The translations under genes were made by a program, and so were the position numbers. A stretch of 64,000 nucleotides of DNA from Candidatus Hodarchaeota archaeon (lineage in GTDB: Archaea; Asgardarchaeota; Lokiarchaeia; Sigyniarchaeales; SOKP01), in assembly GCA_048887225.1 (NCBI GenBank), contig JBHLJY010000002.1, positions 128,001 to 192,000 on the forward strand, in the 5' to 3' direction. Below, piece by piece: positions 1-10,076 of this stretch (positions are counted from its first letter, which is position 1; every line of letters begins with the position of its first letter). The notes below the pieces were generated by a model that worked only from the letters and a program-made list of their open reading frames with translations, was not told the origin of the DNA and ran no database searches.

Positions 1-177
1 AATGAGCATAACGCGAGATTTGAAGTAGTACCTTTCAAATACGCTGGAGATAATGGAGCTATGATTGGCTGGACTGGTATTTTACGATATGAATCGGAAG
101 GAGGTCAAAATATCTCAGAAACAATTATAAAACCCAAAAAAAGAATGGACCAGATTACTGTACCATGGAGGTCTTAG
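1..177 (+). CDS. kae1: Kae1/TsaD t6A synthase, C-terminal fragment (5' end outside window)
   Basis: Frame 1 reads ...KYAGDNGAMIGWTG...RMDQITVPWRS*; DNGAMI motif; directly upstream of Bud32. Confidence 0.9.
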   Translation, partial: NEHNARFEVVPFKYAGDNGAMIGWTGILRYESEGGQNISETIIKPKKRMDQITVPWRS

Positions 178-183
178 AATTCG

Positions 184-882
184 ATGAGTTCAAATATTAC
201 AAGAGATAAAATCATACGTAAAGGTGCTGAAGCAAATCTTTATTATGGTCATTGGTTTGATAAGGAAGTTATTTTTAAATACCGTATCCCTAAAAGATAT
301 CGGATTGAGGAACTTGATAAAAGAATTAGAAATGCTCGTACATTAAATGAAGCTCGTGCATTAATTAGAGTAAAAAATTATAGATTAAATGTCCCTCAAG
401 TCTACGAAATTGATACAAAAAATTCAATAATAGTAATGAAATTCATAAAAGGCGAAAAATTGAAAGACAATCTAAAAACTTTGGAAAACACAAAAAAAAA
501 GGAGATTTTTGAAAGTATTGGTGTCTTTGTCGCTATTTTACATATGAATGGGCATATCCATGGTGATATCACAACCAGCAATATTATTATCACAAAAAAT
601 CAAAAAATTTTTTTTATTGATTTTGGACTTCATGAATACTCTGATTCTATCGAAAATAAAAGTGTTGACATTCATTTATTAAAAAGAGTATTAATTTCCA
701 CTCATGGTAAAGATTATAATATATGTTTTGATTCATTTCTAAAAGGATATCAAGCGGAATATAGTAAAATGGACGCAAAAGAATGTCAACAAATAATAAG
801 AAACACAGAAGTAATTGAAACAAGGGGACGATATGTAAGGAAATCAGAAAGAAAATCATTGGGTAGATATGATAGACTGTAA
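184..882 (+). CDS. bud32: KEOPS kinase Bud32
   Basis: KGAEA, HGDITTSN, IDFGL, RGRY motifs. Confidence 0.95.
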   Translation: MSSNITRDKIIRKGAEANLYYGHWFDKEVIFKYRIPKRYRIEELDKRIRNARTLNEARALIRVKNYRLNVPQVYEIDTKNSIIVMKFIKGEKLKDNLKTLENTKKKEIFESIGVFVAILHMNGHIHGDITTSNIIITKNQKIFFIDFGLHEYSDSIENKSVDIHLLKRVLISTHGKDYNICFDSFLKGYQAEYSKMDAKECQQIIRNTEVIETRGRYVRKSERKSLGRYDRL

Positions 883-1146
883 TACTGATTTTTAATAAAA
901 TTTTTTCAATAATAATATATACTTGAATATAAAACGTTCAATATCTTTCCTTACTTCTGATATAGAGTGCTTTATATAGAAGCAAATATATATATAACAA
1001 TTCTAATTATTATTATTATATTTGAAAATAATAGAAATATATGAATGGGCTTTTCGCTATCAGATATAATACCAAATAAAAAATTCGGGTTAATATAAAA
1101 CTTCAAATATCACATTATTTAAAATATTTTAATGGAAGCGAATTAA

Positions 1147-1371
1147 ATGAGAGAGAAAAAAAAAGAAAAAACCAAAACTCCAATGAGAAACATTACTATA
1201 AATATTCCAGATATATATGATAAAAATATTCAATGGTTAATTTCTAAAAAAATAATCGCCAGTAGGTCTGAGGCCATTAGGACTGCTCTAAGAGAATATT
1301 TACATTCTGAATATGGAAATAATCTAGAGTTGCTGGGATATGCTCCTACTGAAAATGTAGATCAAAAATAG
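1147..1371 (+). CDS. Ribbon-helix-helix (CopG-like) regulator
   Basis: ITINIP...SRSEAIRTALREYL pattern. Confidence 0.8.
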   Translation: MREKKKEKTKTPMRNITINIPDIYDKNIQWLISKKIIASRSEAIRTALREYLHSEYGNNLELLGYAPTENVDQK

Positions 1372-1384
1372 CTTTTATTTTTAT

Positions 1385-1624
1385 TTATCGTCTTATTTTC
1401 CTTGCTTCTCTTTCTACTTCTCGCAAGACGACTATGTCATCTAATCGCACAGGACCTTTCACATTTCTAGTAAGAATTCGATTTTTATCAGGACCTTCAA
1501 GAATTCGAACTTTTATCTGAGTGATTTCCCCTGTAAGTCCTGTACGCCCAATAACAGCAATAACTTGAGCAAGAATGGATTGATCATTTAATTCTATTCC
1601 TTTTGATTTGTCAAATTTAACCAG
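1385..1624 (-). CDS. rps28e: 30S ribosomal protein S28e (absent from ORF track; start CTG at 1624 or ATT at 1630)
   Basis: Manual translation (L)VKFDKSKG...[61 protein letters not shown]; follows L7Ae. Confidence 0.95.
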   Translation of the reverse strand: MVKFDKSKGIELNDQSILAQVIAVIGRTGLTGEITQIKVRILEGPDKNRILTRNVKGPVRLDDIVVLREVEREARKIRR

Positions 1625-1640
1625 GTTAATTTTCCCCCTA

Positions 1641-2012
1641 TTATTTTTTTATTACTTCAAGCTGCTTTATTATATCATCTAATATATTCTCATTTCCCGT
1701 ACCAACATTATCAACGGCGATTGATGAAGCGCCAACATTCAAATTTACAGCATTTCCTAAGTTTTTTCTGCTCGAAATATACGTATAAGGAATGTTCTTT
1801 TCTTCACATAATAGTGGCACATGATATAATATCTCTGGAGGATTAACATCTTCAGCCATAACGACTATTTTGGCCTGTCCTCGTTCTATAGATTTTGTAA
1901 CTTCGTTCATGCCTTTCCTTATTTTTGAATCCTTTGTTTCGGCGATACTATTTAATATATTCTTAATTTGATCCTTTAATTTATCAGGAACTTTAAACTT
2001 AACATAAGACAT
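1641..2012 (-). CDS. rpl7ae: Ribosomal protein L7Ae
   Basis: [31 protein letters not shown]. Confidence 0.95.
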   Translation of the reverse strand: MSYVKFKVPDKLKDQIKNILNSIAETKDSKIRKGMNEVTKSIERGQAKIVVMAEDVNPPEILYHVPLLCEEKNIPYTYISSRKNLGNAVNLNVGASSIAVDNVGTGNENILDDIIKQLEVIKK

Positions 2013-2165
2013 TTAATTCACATCTCATTCTAATATATTAATATATATTTTCATTAATCATAGAGATTTTAATGAGAAAATTAGTACATAATATAAAATA
2101 AAATTTATGATTTAAAGCTGAAAACATTAAAATTTTTTTAGGATGTTTCTTTTTAATTATTTATA

Positions 2166-2366
2166 ATGATTATACCTATACGATGCTTCTCCTGTAATAA
2201 GCTCATTGCCCATGTTTATCAACCATATCTGGATTTATTAGAAAAGGGCGTAAGTTCTGAGGATGCTTTTGAACAATTAGGTATAGAGCGCTTTTGTTGT
2301 AAACGCATGATTGTGGCGCACGTTGATTTGATAGATGACTTACTAAAGTTTCCTCGCCTGCAATAA
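2166..2366 (+). CDS. rpoN: RNA polymerase subunit Rpo10/N
   Basis: MIIPIRCFSC...RFCCKRM. Confidence 0.95.
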   Translation: MIIPIRCFSCNKLIAHVYQPYLDLLEKGVSSEDAFEQLGIERFCCKRMIVAHVDLIDDLLKFPRLQ

Positions 2367-2472
2367 GAGAAAAAATATTTGGTTTGATTTAGATTAAATT
2401 ATATTGAATTTAAATTAAACACAAATTTTATTCTATATTAGATTTTTAAAAGAATAATGAAGTTAGAAATAA

Positions 2473-2655
2473 TCAGTGCTTACCGTAATAAATAGTCCAG
2501 CGCGTTTTTCTTGGGTTCTTATTGTATTTTAACATTGCTTTTCTACATTTTGCTGTACAGAAATTCAAGATATTACCATCTCTTTTAATAAACATTACTC
2601 CTCGCCCAATTGGTATATCATATCCGCAGAAACTACACTTTTTAACCTTAACCAT
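2473..2655 (-). CDS. rpl24e: Ribosomal protein L24e
   Basis: CSFCG...FCTAKC...NPRKTRWT. Confidence 0.95.
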   Translation of the reverse strand: MVKVKKCSFCGYDIPIGRGVMFIKRDGNILNFCTAKCRKAMLKYNKNPRKTRWTIYYGKH

Positions 2656-2665
2656 AAGAATTCAA

Positions 2666-3079
2666 CTATTCTTTTGTTTTAAAAAGTTCGGCTTCTCCAT
2701 ATTTTATAACTTTAAGGTTTATTAAAGTTATATCGTGAGTTATTTCATTACCTCTTACTGTTTTTCTTCTTCTTTGACCTTTCCTTTTAGGTTTATACCC
2801 AATACCTCGTTTGGAAACCAATATTTTTTTCTTCACTGGACCATGCACGTCTTTCCGTATTGGGAATCCTGATGTATCGCTCCCTCCTGTAATTTGAAAT
2901 TCGTAGTTAGGAAACCCAATAAATCCTCCTTTAATAACATCACCAATCTTCAATCCTTCAAACCTAAATTTCTTTTCGTCAATTTGTACTAATTTAGAAA
3001 ATCCCTTTCCAGGACCCGTGTTACCACCAGAAATATTCAATTTGTATACTCTTTTCTCAGAACTCATTTTTATCAACAT
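2666..3079 (-). CDS. rps6e: Ribosomal protein S6e
   Basis: ITGGSDTSGFP, RRRKTVRG. Confidence 0.93.
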   Translation of the reverse strand: MLIKMSSEKRVYKLNISGGNTGPGKGFSKLVQIDEKKFRFEGLKIGDVIKGGFIGFPNYEFQITGGSDTSGFPIRKDVHGPVKKKILVSKRGIGYKPKRKGQRRRKTVRGNEITHDITLINLKVIKYGEAELFKTKE

Positions 3080-3219
3080 TACAAAAAGAACACTGAGTTA
3101 TTAAAAGAATGAAAATTTAAATATTTTTTCGAAATTTGAAGGCTTATTCATTAGTTTAGCCATAAATTTAAAATTATTTATAGCTTAATTAACTTATAAA
3201 GAAATATTTGGAGTAATCT

Positions 3220-4005
3220 ATGCAAATCTTTGAAGTTATTGAAATAAACGAATATCCTTACATGATGACAAAAGAAATTTATGATGGCGAGATCGTGAGA
3301 GATGTTATAAAGGAGGATAAAGTCTACCTTATCGTTGACCATAATTTGAATAGACTCTGGACATATAATGGTTATAAAAGTTCTTTCAAATTACAAATGT
3401 ATGGTGTTAAATTAGCAGAAATGCTTAGTAGACAACTTATGTTAAAATATAACGTTTATTCTTTAAATAGAATTCCTGAAAAAGATGAAAGATTTCAAGA
3501 ATTAATGGAAAAACCTCTTGGTGGAGGTATAGCACAAGCTATTGGAAAACAAGACTTTATTGAATTTGCAGATGGATTTAAAGTTAAAGCTGATGTTAAG
3601 ATCATTCCAAATATTAACGTGAAAAACGCTTTAGAATATATAAACGAAATTCCACCTCCCGAACATTTTATTAGAAAATTTATGATTGTGGGTGGAAATA
3701 TATATACAGACGAAAAAATTACAGAATCTTTTATTACGGAAGAAAAGATGGTCGAAAAACCATTGAAATTGGGAAGATTAAATAGAGGTTTTACTTTTTT
3801 TGAAGATTACACTGCTCGATTAATAATAAATGATAGAAAAATGCAAGGTATTGAATTATATATTCACGAGAAAGATAAAAGTAAGACAAAATTATTAGAG
3901 GTAAAAATTCCTATATTTGCAGAAGAAAAGTTTAATAAAAGCGGTTCAATGGATACATTAATCAATGCTTTTCAAATACCTGAGGAATTGCCAAAAGAAG
4001 AATAA
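3220..4005 (+). CDS. Protein with N-terminal gelsolin-like domain and unknown C-terminal domain
   Basis: DKVYLIVDH...LWTYNGYKSSFK resembles the gelsolin DvylLD...iwvWxGxxSS pattern. Confidence 0.55.
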   Translation: MQIFEVIEINEYPYMMTKEIYDGEIVRDVIKEDKVYLIVDHNLNRLWTYNGYKSSFKLQMYGVKLAEMLSRQLMLKYNVYSLNRIPEKDERFQELMEKPLGGGIAQAIGKQDFIEFADGFKVKADVKIIPNINVKNALEYINEIPPPEHFIRKFMIVGGNIYTDEKITESFITEEKMVEKPLKLGRLNRGFTFFEDYTARLIINDRKMQGIELYIHEKDKSKTKLLEVKIPIFAEEKFNKSGSMDTLINAFQIPEELPKEE

Positions 4006-4205
4006 AACTCATTCCTTAAGAAAATTTAGGTGAATTTCTACATTCAACATTATCTTAATTATAGAAATTTTAATATTAGTGAATTAACTTGTTTTTATTG
4101 GAGATAAGTATTTTTTTAAATATTATCTACAAAATACAATAATATATAAAGAAAATATCTACAAATTATACAAAAATAAATGATTTAAAGTAAAAATTTT
4201 TTGTT

Positions 4206-5510
4206 GTGATACTTATGCCAAAAGCTGTCGAATATTATATCGGGGAAGCATTAGTGGGTGATGGTCGCGATCCAAATATAGCTCATATAGATTTAATAAT
4301 TGGTTCTAAAGATGGACCTGTTGGGGTATCTTTTGCTAATGCTCTTAGTGAACCATCAAAAGGACACGGTGGATTACTAGCTGGTATCCGTCCAAACCTA
4401 CTCGCGAAACCAGTAACATTAATAGTACCAAAAGTCACAGTAGCAAAAATGGAGGATGCCAATAAAATCTTTGGGCCTGCTCAAGCAGCAGTCGCTAAGG
4501 GGATTGCAGACGCTGTAGAGGAGGGATTGATACCGATTAACAAATTAGACCAATGGCTAATAATTGCTAGTGTTTTTATCCATCCTGAAGCTTCGGATTA
4601 TAGAAAAATCTACCAATATAATTATGGTGCTACGAAATTGGCGATTCAAAGAGCCTTGAAACAATATCCTCCAATTGAAAAGATATTTTATGATAAGGAC
4701 CGAGCAAAACACCCTGTAGCTGGATTAAGGGTTCCAAGACTCTGGCGCCCTCCCTATATACAAGTAGCTTTAGATCATCCAGCTCTCGAGCGCCAAATGA
4801 AAGTTGTTCAACAATTACCTAAAAGTGATCGAATTTTACTTGAAATTGGCACACCTTTTCTTAAGAAATATGGTGTTGAATCGATTAAAAAAATACGTGA
4901 CCTTGCAAAAGAAAAATTTATAGTTGCCGATTTAAAAACATTAGATGTCGGTAAGTTAGAGGTTGATTTTGCGTTTGATGCAACTGCTGATGCTGTTGTA
5001 GCAAGCGGTTTAGCTTCTAATGCTTCACTCGATAAATTCATTCTAGAAGCGCAGCGTCTTGGCATTCACGCATTTGTTGATACGATGGAAGTTCCAGATC
5101 CTCTTGAGAAATTGAGTTCGCTAAGACAAACCCCTGATGTTGTAATAATTCATAGAGCTATTGATGTTGAGCAATCTTTAGAAGGAGATAAATCTCCTGA
5201 TGCCCAGCAACGACAAAGATGGGCGTTGGTTTCAAAAATTAAAGAATTATATAAAGAACAAAAAAAAGCGTCAGGAAGGGATCGTGTCTTAGTTGCTGTT
5301 GCTGGAGGAATTGAGCCAAATACTGCGCAATATGCCCTTGAGATGGGTGCTGATATCCTCATAGTGGGGCGTTTTATAGCGTCAGCAAAAGATGTAAAAT
5401 TTGCCATGAGAAGGATGCTCCAAGTTTTACCGGGTTATCAAGATATTGACTTAAAACGAATACACTCTGAAGATGATGACCAAAGTGTAAAGAAGGCTAC
5501 ATGGGATTAA
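4206..5510 (+). CDS. fae-hps: Bifunctional formaldehyde-activating enzyme / 3-hexulose-6-phosphate synthase (likely start ATG 4215)
   Basis: GEALVG...AHIDLIIG (Fae); QVALD, EIGTP, ADLKTLD (Hps). Confidence 0.92.
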   Translation: MILMPKAVEYYIGEALVGDGRDPNIAHIDLIIGSKDGPVGVSFANALSEPSKGHGGLLAGIRPNLLAKPVTLIVPKVTVAKMEDANKIFGPAQAAVAKGIADAVEEGLIPINKLDQWLIIASVFIHPEASDYRKIYQYNYGATKLAIQRALKQYPPIEKIFYDKDRAKHPVAGLRVPRLWRPPYIQVALDHPALERQMKVVQQLPKSDRILLEIGTPFLKKYGVESIKKIRDLAKEKFIVADLKTLDVGKLEVDFAFDATADAVVASGLASNASLDKFILEAQRLGIHAFVDTMEVPDPLEKLSSLRQTPDVVIIHRAIDVEQSLEGDKSPDAQQRQRWALVSKIKELYKEQKKASGRDRVLVAVAGGIEPNTAQYALEMGADILIVGRFIASAKDVKFAMRRMLQVLPGYQDIDLKRIHSEDDDQSVKKATWD

Positions 5511-5645
5511 TTTTTTTTAAATCTCGTTTATTCTTTTATATAATTTTGAGATTGAATCCACTTTTCTTTTTTTTTGCAGCTTAATTTTAATCAAAAAGCT
5601 TTTTAAAAACAAATTCAGATTTAAAAAAAAAGAAATTAAAAAATT

Positions 5646-8153
5646 CTAGAGCTTTATCGGACGACTATTAGCTTGGAATACTGGTCCTATGATTTGACTG
5701 TAAAGCTTAGAGTATTGCTCTTGGTTGCTGATAATGGCTACCATTTCCGTTTCTTTTGTTGTCACGGGCGCAAGGATTACCTCTTCAGCATCTCGTGTTA
5801 CAGCAAAAAAATCTCCCGCTCCAGTTAAATTGCGGAATTGAATGTTTCCCAATTGCATCATTTTCTTAATGATATCTCCGTAGGTTGCCATATCAAAAGC
5901 AGATGTAAGCATAAATCTGGCTGCTTTTTTCTGATAAGCGAATTCAGAGATAAGTTGTAAAATTTCGGGTAATACTTTAGGCATAACAATTATTATTGAA
6001 GATTTGGTTCGATACACAGCACTTTTAACTGCTGCTATCAACGCATCTCTTCCAACAGTGTGCCATGTGTTAACTATTCCTTTATCTTCTTGAACAGAAC
6101 TCGATGCGTTATGAATATCTTTTAACTTTGTTTCGTTAGTTTCAGCTATTTCAGTAACGTCGTCAATTGAGTTCATAAAATGAAGTGTAAAATCGGCAAT
6201 AGCATCTTTTACATTTTGGGAAGTGTCCCGAGTTGTATTCGATAAACTAGTTCGTAGGGTTTCAGCGTTTTCTTTATATTTATTTTTATGATCTTCGAGC
6301 ATATTAGACAACATTTTGTCCATATCAGCTGATTCCTCGTTCCAGAGGTTAATTTCAGAGTCAATTTTTTCAGAAGTAATTGACTTAGATGAGTCAAAAT
6401 CAGAACGAATTTTAGCTAAACGGCTATCTACAGTATTTTTATTTTTTGATTTGAAATCGTTTATGGTGGTAATTTGATTATTGCATTCAGTGGATACATC
6501 ACTTTTGCCTCCAGAAAATTTAGAATCCATATCCTTGCCCCAATTATCATTCTTTGTTTTAATATCGGAATCAAAAGCAGTATAATGTTTTAACGATTGT
6601 TCTTTATGTGTATTTATTGCTTCATCATAATCCTTATGGTGCTGTTTTAATGTATTTTCTAGGGAATCCTTCAACTTTATTGTGGTATCAGAACAGTCTT
6701 TTATTCCACTCTGCAAAGTGTTATCGATTTCACTTGCCATATCTGTTGCTAAAGTATCTAATTCTGCACTTATCGTTTCCTGTGCTCTTTTATCAAGGTC
6801 TGTAGTTTCTGTAGCGAGAGAACTATTTTCACTAGATATAGTTTCCGTTACTTCTCCTTTCAATTCATCTGTAGTTGCCTGGGTATCATTGATATATGTA
6901 TCGCAATCATTAACAAAATCGTCTTTAAATGGTCTTGAAATTGATGCTACTTTTTGCTCTATTACCTTCCAATCGTTAATAAATCTCATTTTTTTCTTTT
7001 TTCCAAAGAAAAAACCTACATTTGTGATTGCTTCTGAAAAATCACTAAATCGATTTGAAGTATCAAGAAGATTTTCAAGCAAGGTAAGAGCACTATCTTT
7101 ATATTCATTTACTTGATTTTGAAAAATCGAATGTCGATTCTCAACTTTAGAATGTATATCTGACTCAATCCTACTAGTCGTGCTTTTCACATGGTTAATA
7201 TGTTCCGATAATAATTTTGCGATTCTTTCTTTTAAATCTGTAATAATTTTTTCCATTCTTTCTAAATATTTTTCAAGAATTTGTTCCATTTTAGGTTTAA
7301 GCTCATTCGCAATATTTTTATGCCTCTCAACGTGGTCATCTAAATCCTTTTTCAATTCTTTTTCCAAATTTTCGACACGAGATGAAAAATCTCCTAATAA
7401 ATCGGCGATTAAACTATTTAAATCATTTTTAGCGGTAGTTATAGCCGATTCATTATCACCTACAAAAGAACTTGAAATATTCTTAAGATCAGTGTTTAAT
7501 GTGTCTAAGATATTATGAATGTTATTTTCCAGACTTCCTGTAGAGGAATTTTGTGCCTCTTTGATTGCCTCTAATTCGCCATCCAACTGATCTACATCAG
7601 CTTTTAATTCTGAATAATCTTTCTCAATATTATCGTGAAGTTCTTTTTCTAAAGTTTTAGATGTTTCGGTAAACCGGTTGGTTGCTTTATCAATTCTGGC
7701 TTTTTTATCAGAATTTTTTGCGTCAGAATCATCGAAAAAAGCCTTAATTTGAGTAGCTACCGCATTCTCAACTTCCTCGATACTTTTATTTTGAATTGAT
7801 TCAAGCTTCTCAAATCGACTTGATTGGTCAGATAGAGCATTATCCTTAATACTAGCAATCTCATTTCTAAACACTTCAGATTCATTCGTAAATAATTCAA
7901 AATAAGGTTCCAACGGGATATATCTATCTACAATACCTTTTATTTTTTTTAAGAAATTATTTTCCACGAGTTTTTTGGTTATTTCTTCAACTTTAGAATA
8001 CTCAATCTCATCCTCTTCAAAATACATGAGTACTTCAGATATTGTGGCTTGAGGTACTCCTAGATATTTTATGTAAACACTAATATCCTCTTCAGTCAAT
8101 CCGTATCGAGTGAAGACTTCTTTAGTTATCTCTTTTAGAGACATATTTTTCAC
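5646..8153 (-). CDS. TrmB-like winged helix + long helical rod + TrmB/PLD-like C-terminal domain
   Basis: YGLTEEDISVY...ATISEV N-terminus; ~600 aa amphipathic helical middle; C-terminal alpha/beta domain (RTKSSIIIVMP, FFAVTRDAEEVILAP). Confidence 0.6.
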   Translation of the reverse strand: MKNMSLKEITKEVFTRYGLTEEDISVYIKYLGVPQATISEVLMYFEEDEIEYSKVEEITKKLVENNFLKKIKGIVDRYIPLEPYFELFTNESEVFRNEIASIKDNALSDQSSRFEKLESIQNKSIEEVENAVATQIKAFFDDSDAKNSDKKARIDKATNRFTETSKTLEKELHDNIEKDYSELKADVDQLDGELEAIKEAQNSSTGSLENNIHNILDTLNTDLKNISSSFVGDNESAITTAKNDLNSLIADLLGDFSSRVENLEKELKKDLDDHVERHKNIANELKPKMEQILEKYLERMEKIITDLKERIAKLLSEHINHVKSTTSRIESDIHSKVENRHSIFQNQVNEYKDSALTLLENLLDTSNRFSDFSEAITNVGFFFGKKKKMRFINDWKVIEQKVASISRPFKDDFVNDCDTYINDTQATTDELKGEVTETISSENSSLATETTDLDKRAQETISAELDTLATDMASEIDNTLQSGIKDCSDTTIKLKDSLENTLKQHHKDYDEAINTHKEQSLKHYTAFDSDIKTKNDNWGKDMDSKFSGGKSDVSTECNNQITTINDFKSKNKNTVDSRLAKIRSDFDSSKSITSEKIDSEINLWNEESADMDKMLSNMLEDHKNKYKENAETLRTSLSNTTRDTSQNVKDAIADFTLHFMNSIDDVTEIAETNETKLKDIHNASSSVQEDKGIVNTWHTVGRDALIAAVKSAVYRTKSSIIIVMPKVLPEILQLISEFAYQKKAARFMLTSAFDMATYGDIIKKMMQLGNIQFRNLTGAGDFFAVTRDAEEVILAPVTTKETEMVAIISNQEQYSKLYSQIIGPVFQANSRPIKL

Positions 8154-8305
8154 ATTAGTTTTTTTAGATTTGTTTTAAGATTCACTTACAATTTAATTTA
8201 AATTTTATATGAATTTACTAATATTTTATTTAAAATATTATTTAATAATATTTTCATACTAATTATTCTTTTTATATTTAGTTATAGAAAAAAAAGTTAA
8301 CATTC

Positions 8306-9991
8306 TTAATCATTTTTTCTGTGTCTTAAAATTTGACCGTTTAAGACTCCTAAGTGACTTCCATTTTTAGCAGTGATTTCTCCATTTACAATAACATAAT
8401 ATATACCTTCTGGAAATTGACGACCATTCTGATAAGTAGCTTTGTCTTTTATTTCGTCTGAATTAAATATGGCGATATCCGCCTTGTAGTTTTCTCTGAT
8501 AATCCCTCTGTCTTTCAAACCTAATATCGATGCGGGTAATGAAGTCATCTTTCTAACTCCTTCTTCTAATGACACAATCTTTTTATCTCTAACATATCTA
8601 GCCAATATTCTTGGAAAGGTTCCGTAGGAGCGTGGGTGAGTATTACTATCTAAAACTAAAAAACCATCAGAACCTATACACACAAAATCTTGTTGAAATA
8701 AAAATAAAATGCTTTTTCTCTCGTTCATACCTTTAAAAGAAACCATGATGGAACCTTCTTCATCTCTAATGAAATCCAATAGAGCTTCAGCTATTTCTTT
8801 TTTCGGATAAATACTTTTCAACACATCGTTTAAATATTTTCCCTCTATTTGATGATTATGCAAAACACTGATAATTCTTACACTATTTTTTAAAAAATTG
8901 AACATAATCTCTATCATTTTAGTTCTAGGGAGTTCTTGTATTTTAGATGTGATATTAGTTAGAAATGTTGAGGTTAACATATTGATTGTCTCATCTATGA
9001 TTTTTTCTCTAGTATTTGGGTTAGTTAAATTTTCTTGAAAGTTTTTATAAACCCAAGGTTTTAATAAAAATCCTGCCAAACTAGTAGAACCCTCCTCATA
9101 AGGATAAAGATCTGCGTAAATATTAAGACCTTCCTTTCTCGCATTTATTACCATTTTAATCATCTTTGGAGTTAATTTCCATGCAAAATTACCAGCAGCC
9201 TTCCAATGAGATATCTGACCTTGAATATTTGCTTTTCTTACAATTTTGATAAATTCATCCATTCCTTCGTCTAAAATTTTAGTCCCTTCGTTTCTTATAT
9301 GAGAGTCGTAAATCCCTCCGTATTGTCTTACAACTTTGCAAAGTTCAATAATTTCTTCTGTAGAGGTTATAGATCCTGGAGGATATATTAAACCTGTACT
9401 CATTCCGAAGGCCCCAGTTTCTAATTCTCTTTTAACGATATTTTTCATTGACTTCAATTCTTCTGGTGTTGCTGAGCGATCATCTAACCCCATTATACTT
9501 GCTCTTATATTTCCTTGAGGTATGAAAAATGCTAGATTTGTAGAGATTCCTTTTTTCTCAATCACATCCATATATTCTTGAAGTGTATCAAATAATTGCA
9601 ATTTACTGGAACCAAACACATTTTCCACGAAAGTCGAATAATAATTTCGAACTTTATCATTAGCAGGAGCAAGACTTATCCCACACATTCCTACTACGAG
9701 AGTTGTAACTCCCTGCATAATGGTTGCTTCAGCTTTATTTGCTTCTAAGATTGTAAGATCACCATGGGAATGCATGTCGATAAATCCCGGGGAGACAACT
9801 TTATTAGACGCATCAATTAATTCGCAGTCATCCTCCTCTAGATTCAATCCAATCTTATCAATTCTACCATTTTTAATATAAACATCAGATTTATATCCTG
9901 GAGAACCAGTACCATCGACAATTATTCCATTTCTTATTAAAATATTCATAGGAACATCAAAAATTAAGTGTGATAAGAATTTGAGAATCAA
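8306..9991 (-). CDS. N-acyl-D-amino-acid deacylase (amidohydrolase; likely start ATG 9949)
   Basis: PGFIDMHSH, QGVTT, GSDG, HPRSYGTFPR. Confidence 0.9.
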   Translation of the reverse strand: MILKFLSHLIFDVPMNILIRNGIIVDGTGSPGYKSDVYIKNGRIDKIGLNLEEDDCELIDASNKVVSPGFIDMHSHGDLTILEANKAEATIMQGVTTLVVGMCGISLAPANDKVRNYYSTFVENVFGSSKLQLFDTLQEYMDVIEKKGISTNLAFFIPQGNIRASIMGLDDRSATPEELKSMKNIVKRELETGAFGMSTGLIYPPGSITSTEEIIELCKVVRQYGGIYDSHIRNEGTKILDEGMDEFIKIVRKANIQGQISHWKAAGNFAWKLTPKMIKMVINARKEGLNIYADLYPYEEGSTSLAGFLLKPWVYKNFQENLTNPNTREKIIDETINMLTSTFLTNITSKIQELPRTKMIEIMFNFLKNSVRIISVLHNHQIEGKYLNDVLKSIYPKKEIAEALLDFIRDEEGSIMVSFKGMNERKSILFLFQQDFVCIGSDGFLVLDSNTHPRSYGTFPRILARYVRDKKIVSLEEGVRKMTSLPASILGLKDRGIIRENYKADIAIFNSDEIKDKATYQNGRQFPEGIYYVIVNGEITAKNGSHLGVLNGQILRHRKND

Positions 9992-10076
9992 TAAATTAAA
10001 TTATAAATATATGAATCTGTTTATATTTAAATTAATTGTTTAAGATTTAAAATATGAAATTGAAAGTGGATATGAA

